From the NCBI GenBank assembly GCA_964619725.1, contig CAZUFC010000141.1, positions 1 through 19,441 on the forward strand: a DNA stretch of 19,441 nt, read 5' to 3'. The position numbers and the translations under genes were made by a program. Below the pieces are notes generated by a model. It was not told where the DNA came from and ran no database searches. It saw nothing but the letters and a program-made list of their open reading frames with translations. Source of the DNA: an uncultured bacterium (GTDB lineage: Bacteria; CSSED10-310; CAZUFC01). This document shows positions 16,029-19,441 of this stretch, in pieces (position 1 is the stretch's first letter; every line of letters begins with the position of its first letter).

Positions 16029-16442
16029 CCTTGCTCTCCCCTTGTTGTTTGTTCCTTCAGAGAGAATAATAAAACTTGCCGGGATGCTTGAAAAATTAAT
16101 CGCTGCAATCCCTTATCGACGACATTTATCGTATAATTATATTTTGTTTTAATGTCAAGCGTTGCGCTTTAGTTTTTCATTGAAAATAATGTGACTGGTT
16201 CGTTTGTAATTTGAATCACAATATTGGGACTTATAGCGCTGTTTATGGTTTTTAAGAACGGACGCAGCGGACTAAACAGTACAATTTTGACGATGCGCGT
16301 GGCCGGACAACCCCATATTACCCAGGATACATCTGATCCGGCGCCCCTTGCCGGCCTATACTAGCATAATCATCCGGTCGCTGCAAAGAAGAGTCTGTAC
16401 CTTTTGTCAATTAAGCTTCCGGAGCATACTTGGTCCGTACCG

Positions 16443-17036
16443 TCAGGAGCCGTTTTTAACCCAACGGAAAACACGCATGGGGGGGATGTTGAAAAACTCA
16501 AGCGACGAATCTGCCGTGCCCATATAAGGTCGGCATAATTCTGCGACTTTTCCGCTTAACTGGTAGGCTGTAAAGCGGCCTTTCGGATTGAGTAAAGAGG
16601 TCAACTGATCCAAAATGTGATGAGCGTCATCTGGATTCATGGTTGAAAACGGGACTCCTGAAATAACGGCATCAGGAGCGCCCAGTCCATAGCCGGCCAG
16701 GATTTGTTTCAGATTGTCGGCGCTTCCGAAATGGGCAATCAGCCGGCTGTCTTTGATTTTCTTTATAATGTCGTACAATCTAGGATTTATTTCAATAGTC
16801 AGGAGTTTCGCGTTCTGATGCATCGCCTTCAATATTGCTCGAGTAACTCCTCCCGTACCCGGACCCAATTCGACTATGACATCGGCTGAAGCTACGTCGG
16901 CAGCCTTAACGACGCGCTCTCCGACAAAACGCGTGCATGGAATTATTGATCCTATCTGAAGAGGATGTTTCAGAAATTCTGAAATGAAAATCCTTCTTCT
17001 GTTGCTTTGATCGTCGATTGTTTTTTTGTTCGTCAT
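16443..17036 (-). CDS. Phospholipid N-methyltransferase-like (PmtA-type) SAM methyltransferase
   Basis: FLKHPLQIGSIIP, IVELGPGTGGVT, LTIEIN, DAVISGVPF and FFNIPPMRVF. AAGGAG ribosome-binding site. Confidence 0.85.
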   Translation of the reverse strand: MTNKKTIDDQSNRRRIFISEFLKHPLQIGSIIPCTRFVGERVVKAADVASADVIVELGPGTGGVTRAILKAMHQNAKLLTIEINPRLYDIIKKIKDSRLIAHFGSADNLKQILAGYGLGAPDAVISGVPFSTMNPDDAHHILDQLTSLLNPKGRFTAYQLSGKVAELCRPYMGTADSSLEFFNIPPMRVFRWVKNGS

Positions 17037-17654
17037 CGATTCTCCTTCTTTCGGAACGACTCATCGAAAGCGAAATGCGATTCGCTTGAGCCAGTAATTA
17101 TCAGATTCTTCGAATTTTCTGCTCCTATTCAAAATGCGAATTCCTGCTCACAAAACGGAAAAATGTGTGGATTGCGCTTAAACCGGGGCAACTTACGGAA
17201 ACGTTTCATGAAAAAATTTACCCGTTCAAAGAGAGCGGTTGCTAGAGCGGTTCACGAAGGGCCCTGCAACATCTTTTCTGCAAGACCGACGACTGAACCC
17301 GGATTGACTTATCCTGCTTTTATCAGCAAGCCGGATCAAACGTCATCTTCAGCATGCGAAAAAAGCATTGATTTTTTGCAGATTCAATATCCGCATCCAT
17401 TAGTTGATGATATCTCGCCTGAAGTTAAAACGCAAGTCGATACCGCATGCCGAGAAAAATTCAAATATGTCAGATTTTCAATATTTTTGCTTTTCCTTCT
17501 CTTGTAGCATAGAATGTAAAAGTAAATCAGGAGGAGTTCAGGAGGACCGGTGCGTTCGATTTAAAACAGCAGGGGAAGGCGTTTCGGCGGCGCCGGTTAT
17601 TTCCGTTTCAGGCTGTATTTTTTATAAGTCATAAATTCCTGAGAGGATAGGGGG

Positions 17655-19265
17655 ATGGAAGCGAAGGAGAGGTTTGATTACGATTATATCATTATCGGCA
17701 GCGGATTCGGCGGGTCGGTCTGCGCCATGCGGTTGTGTGAGAAGGGTTATAGCGTGCTCGTCCTGGAGAAGGGCAAAAGATGGACTGCGGAGGATTATCC
17801 GAAACGCAACTGGAATTTAAGGAAGTGGCTATGGTTGCCGGTTTTGCGTTTTTCCGGTTTTTTCAAACTGACTTTTTTTCGTCATGTCGGGATATTGTCC
17901 GGAGTAGGCGTTGGCGGCGGTTCTCTTGTTTATGCCAATACCCTGGAACGCCCTAAGCATGAATATTTTGAATCGGAAACGTGGCGGCATCTGGCGGATT
18001 GGAAGTCGGAGCTGGAGGAGCATTATTCGACAGCGGAACGTATGCTGGGGGTGACGCAAAATCCGCGGCTTGAGGAAGGCGATGAGGCGTTGCGGAAGGT
18101 TTCCGAAAAGATCGGCAAAGCTGACTGTTTTGCACAAACAAAAGTAGGCATATTTTTCGGCGAACCGGATGTCGCTGTTGCAGACCCATATTTCGAAGGC
18201 GAAGGCCCGGAACGAAGCGGCTGCAATTTCTGCGGCGGTTGCATGGTGGGCTGCCGTTTCAATGCAAAAAATACCCTCGATAAAAATTATCTCTATCTGG
18301 CGGAAAAAAGGGGATGCCGTGTGCAGCCTGAATCTGAGGTATACGACGTCAAGCCTTTGGACGATGAAAGAGGCTCCTCAGGATATGAGGTAAAATGGAA
18401 ATCATCCGTCAAGCTGATTAAAAAGCGAGGTAGCTATACCTGCCTCAATATAGTATTTGCCGGCGGCGTTCTGGGTACCGTTCCCCTCCTTCTGAAATTG
18501 AAGCAGTCATCTCTGCCGCGTTTATCCGATCGGGCAGGAAAAAGAGTCCGCACCAATTCGGAAAGCCTGATGGGGATCGTAACATTCCACAAAAACAGGT
18601 CTTTCTGCGACGGGATAGCGATCGGGTCCATTCTTCATACTGACGAACACAGTCACATCGAGCCGGTAAGATATGCGTCCGGTTCAGGGTTCTGGCGAGT
18701 GATGATTATGCCTCTGGTACACGGTCCCAATGTTTTTTCCAGGATAGGCCGATTGCTGATGGATTTTTTGGCGCATCCCTTGAAAAATTTGAGAGCATAC
18801 ACGGTCAGAGATTTCGCCAGAAGTTCGCAAATTTTATTGTACATGCGAACACTCGAGGGCAGTCTCTCATTTCACAATGGTCGCTTCAGGATGCATTCCC
18901 GCCTGGAAGAAGGAGCAGCGCCCACCGCATTCATGCCCGAAGCGAAGCATCTCGCCGAAGCGTATTCGGAAACGGTCAACGGCAAACCCTATGTGCTGCT
19001 GACGGAAACGCTGCTGGGAATCCCCACAACCGCTCATATCCTGGGCGGAGCGGTCATGGGCAGAGATGAAACCGAAGGAGTCATAGATAAAGATCATCGC
19101 GTCTTCGGATATGACAATATGTATATCTGCGACGGTTCGAGCATTTCCTCCAATCCCGGAGTCAATCCGTCTCTGACTATCACGGCCCTCGCTGAACGGG
19201 CCATGAGTAAAATAGCCGCCGCCGGTCCGCAAAAGGGGTCAGCGGATAAAAGGCATTGGGACTGA
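17655..19265 (+). CDS. GMC-family oxidoreductase, cholesterol oxidase (ChoD)-like
   Basis: FAD motif IIIGSGFGGSV, GVGVGGGSLVYAN, CNFCGGCMVGCRFNAKNTLDKNYL, TAHILGGAVMG and NPGVNPSLTITALAERAM. Confidence 0.9.
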   Translation: MEAKERFDYDYIIIGSGFGGSVCAMRLCEKGYSVLVLEKGKRWTAEDYPKRNWNLRKWLWLPVLRFSGFFKLTFFRHVGILSGVGVGGGSLVYANTLERPKHEYFESETWRHLADWKSELEEHYSTAERMLGVTQNPRLEEGDEALRKVSEKIGKADCFAQTKVGIFFGEPDVAVADPYFEGEGPERSGCNFCGGCMVGCRFNAKNTLDKNYLYLAEKRGCRVQPESEVYDVKPLDDERGSSGYEVKWKSSVKLIKKRGSYTCLNIVFAGGVLGTVPLLLKLKQSSLPRLSDRAGKRVRTNSESLMGIVTFHKNRSFCDGIAIGSILHTDEHSHIEPVRYASGSGFWRVMIMPLVHGPNVFSRIGRLLMDFLAHPLKNLRAYTVRDFARSSQILLYMRTLEGSLSFHNGRFRMHSRLEEGAAPTAFMPEAKHLAEAYSETVNGKPYVLLTETLLGIPTTAHILGGAVMGRDETEGVIDKDHRVFGYDNMYICDGSSISSNPGVNPSLTITALAERAMSKIAAAGPQKGSADKRHWD

Positions 19266-19304
19266 TCAAACCGGGGTACGCTTTTTCATAAAATCATTGA
19301 CTGC
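19258..19304 (+). repeat. 'CTGATCA' family repeat, copy D (left end), overlapping the GMC gene stop codon
   Basis: GGGACTGATCAAACCGGGGTACGCTTTTTCATAAAATCATTGACTGC; the TGA within it is the stop at 19263-19265. Confidence 0.7.
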
Positions 19305-19367
19305 TACTGACCCAAAACCACCTCCTTGAAGAACTCACCGCTGTTTTTTCATCAAGAACCGCTAGGT

Positions 19368-19422
19368 AGTGCCTGTCCATAAACTAGAATCTCGATTCAA
19401 AATTTAATGCTGGACAGCCACT
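19368..19422. repeat. Short element with 12-bp inverted ends (possible MITE remnant)
   Basis: AGTGCCTGTCCA ... TGGACAGCCACT, 11/12 complementary, around an AT-rich core. Confidence 0.45.
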
Positions 19423-19441
19423 TGGGTTTTGATCCATAAAC

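Noticed and set aside
17007-17634. 166-aa and 76-aa ORFs in the spacer between the PmtA-like and GMC genes
   Set aside because: Non-ATG starts, overlap with the neighbouring gene or each other, and no recognisable domain.
13040-17654. Complete DGR cassette (TR, RT, avd) in the window
   Set aside because: I found no AAC-rich second copy of the putative VR and no ORF with RT motifs on either strand.

Overview
Bacterial chromosomal window of moderate GC with AT-rich intergenic stretches, probably from an uncultured lineage. It holds about 13 credible genes: a 3'-truncated secreted beta-helix protein, a membrane-anchored EEP-family hydrolase, a Thr-type sulfatase-like hydrolase, a circularly permuted ATP-grasp ligase with a P-loop kinase, a secreted tandem DUF4397-like protein with a distinct C-terminal domain, an AbiEii-type nucleotidyltransferase with a small partner, a SAM methyltransferase, TldD/TldE, a secreted collagen-stalk protein ending in an FGE-sulfatase/C-type-lectin-fold domain, a PmtA-like methyltransferase and a ChoD-like GMC oxidoreductase. 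The best lead is the 3' end of the collagen protein gene. Its codon pattern and downstream structure resemble the variable region (VR) of a diversity-generating retroelement (DGR), but I see no template repeat (TR) or reverse transcriptase (RT) in the window, so it is a candidate remote DGR target on a surface fibre. The intergenic DNA carries several small non-autonomous repeat families. One brackets the toxin module, and two supply the stop codons of neighbouring genes. All family calls come from motif recognition by eye; no database searches were run.
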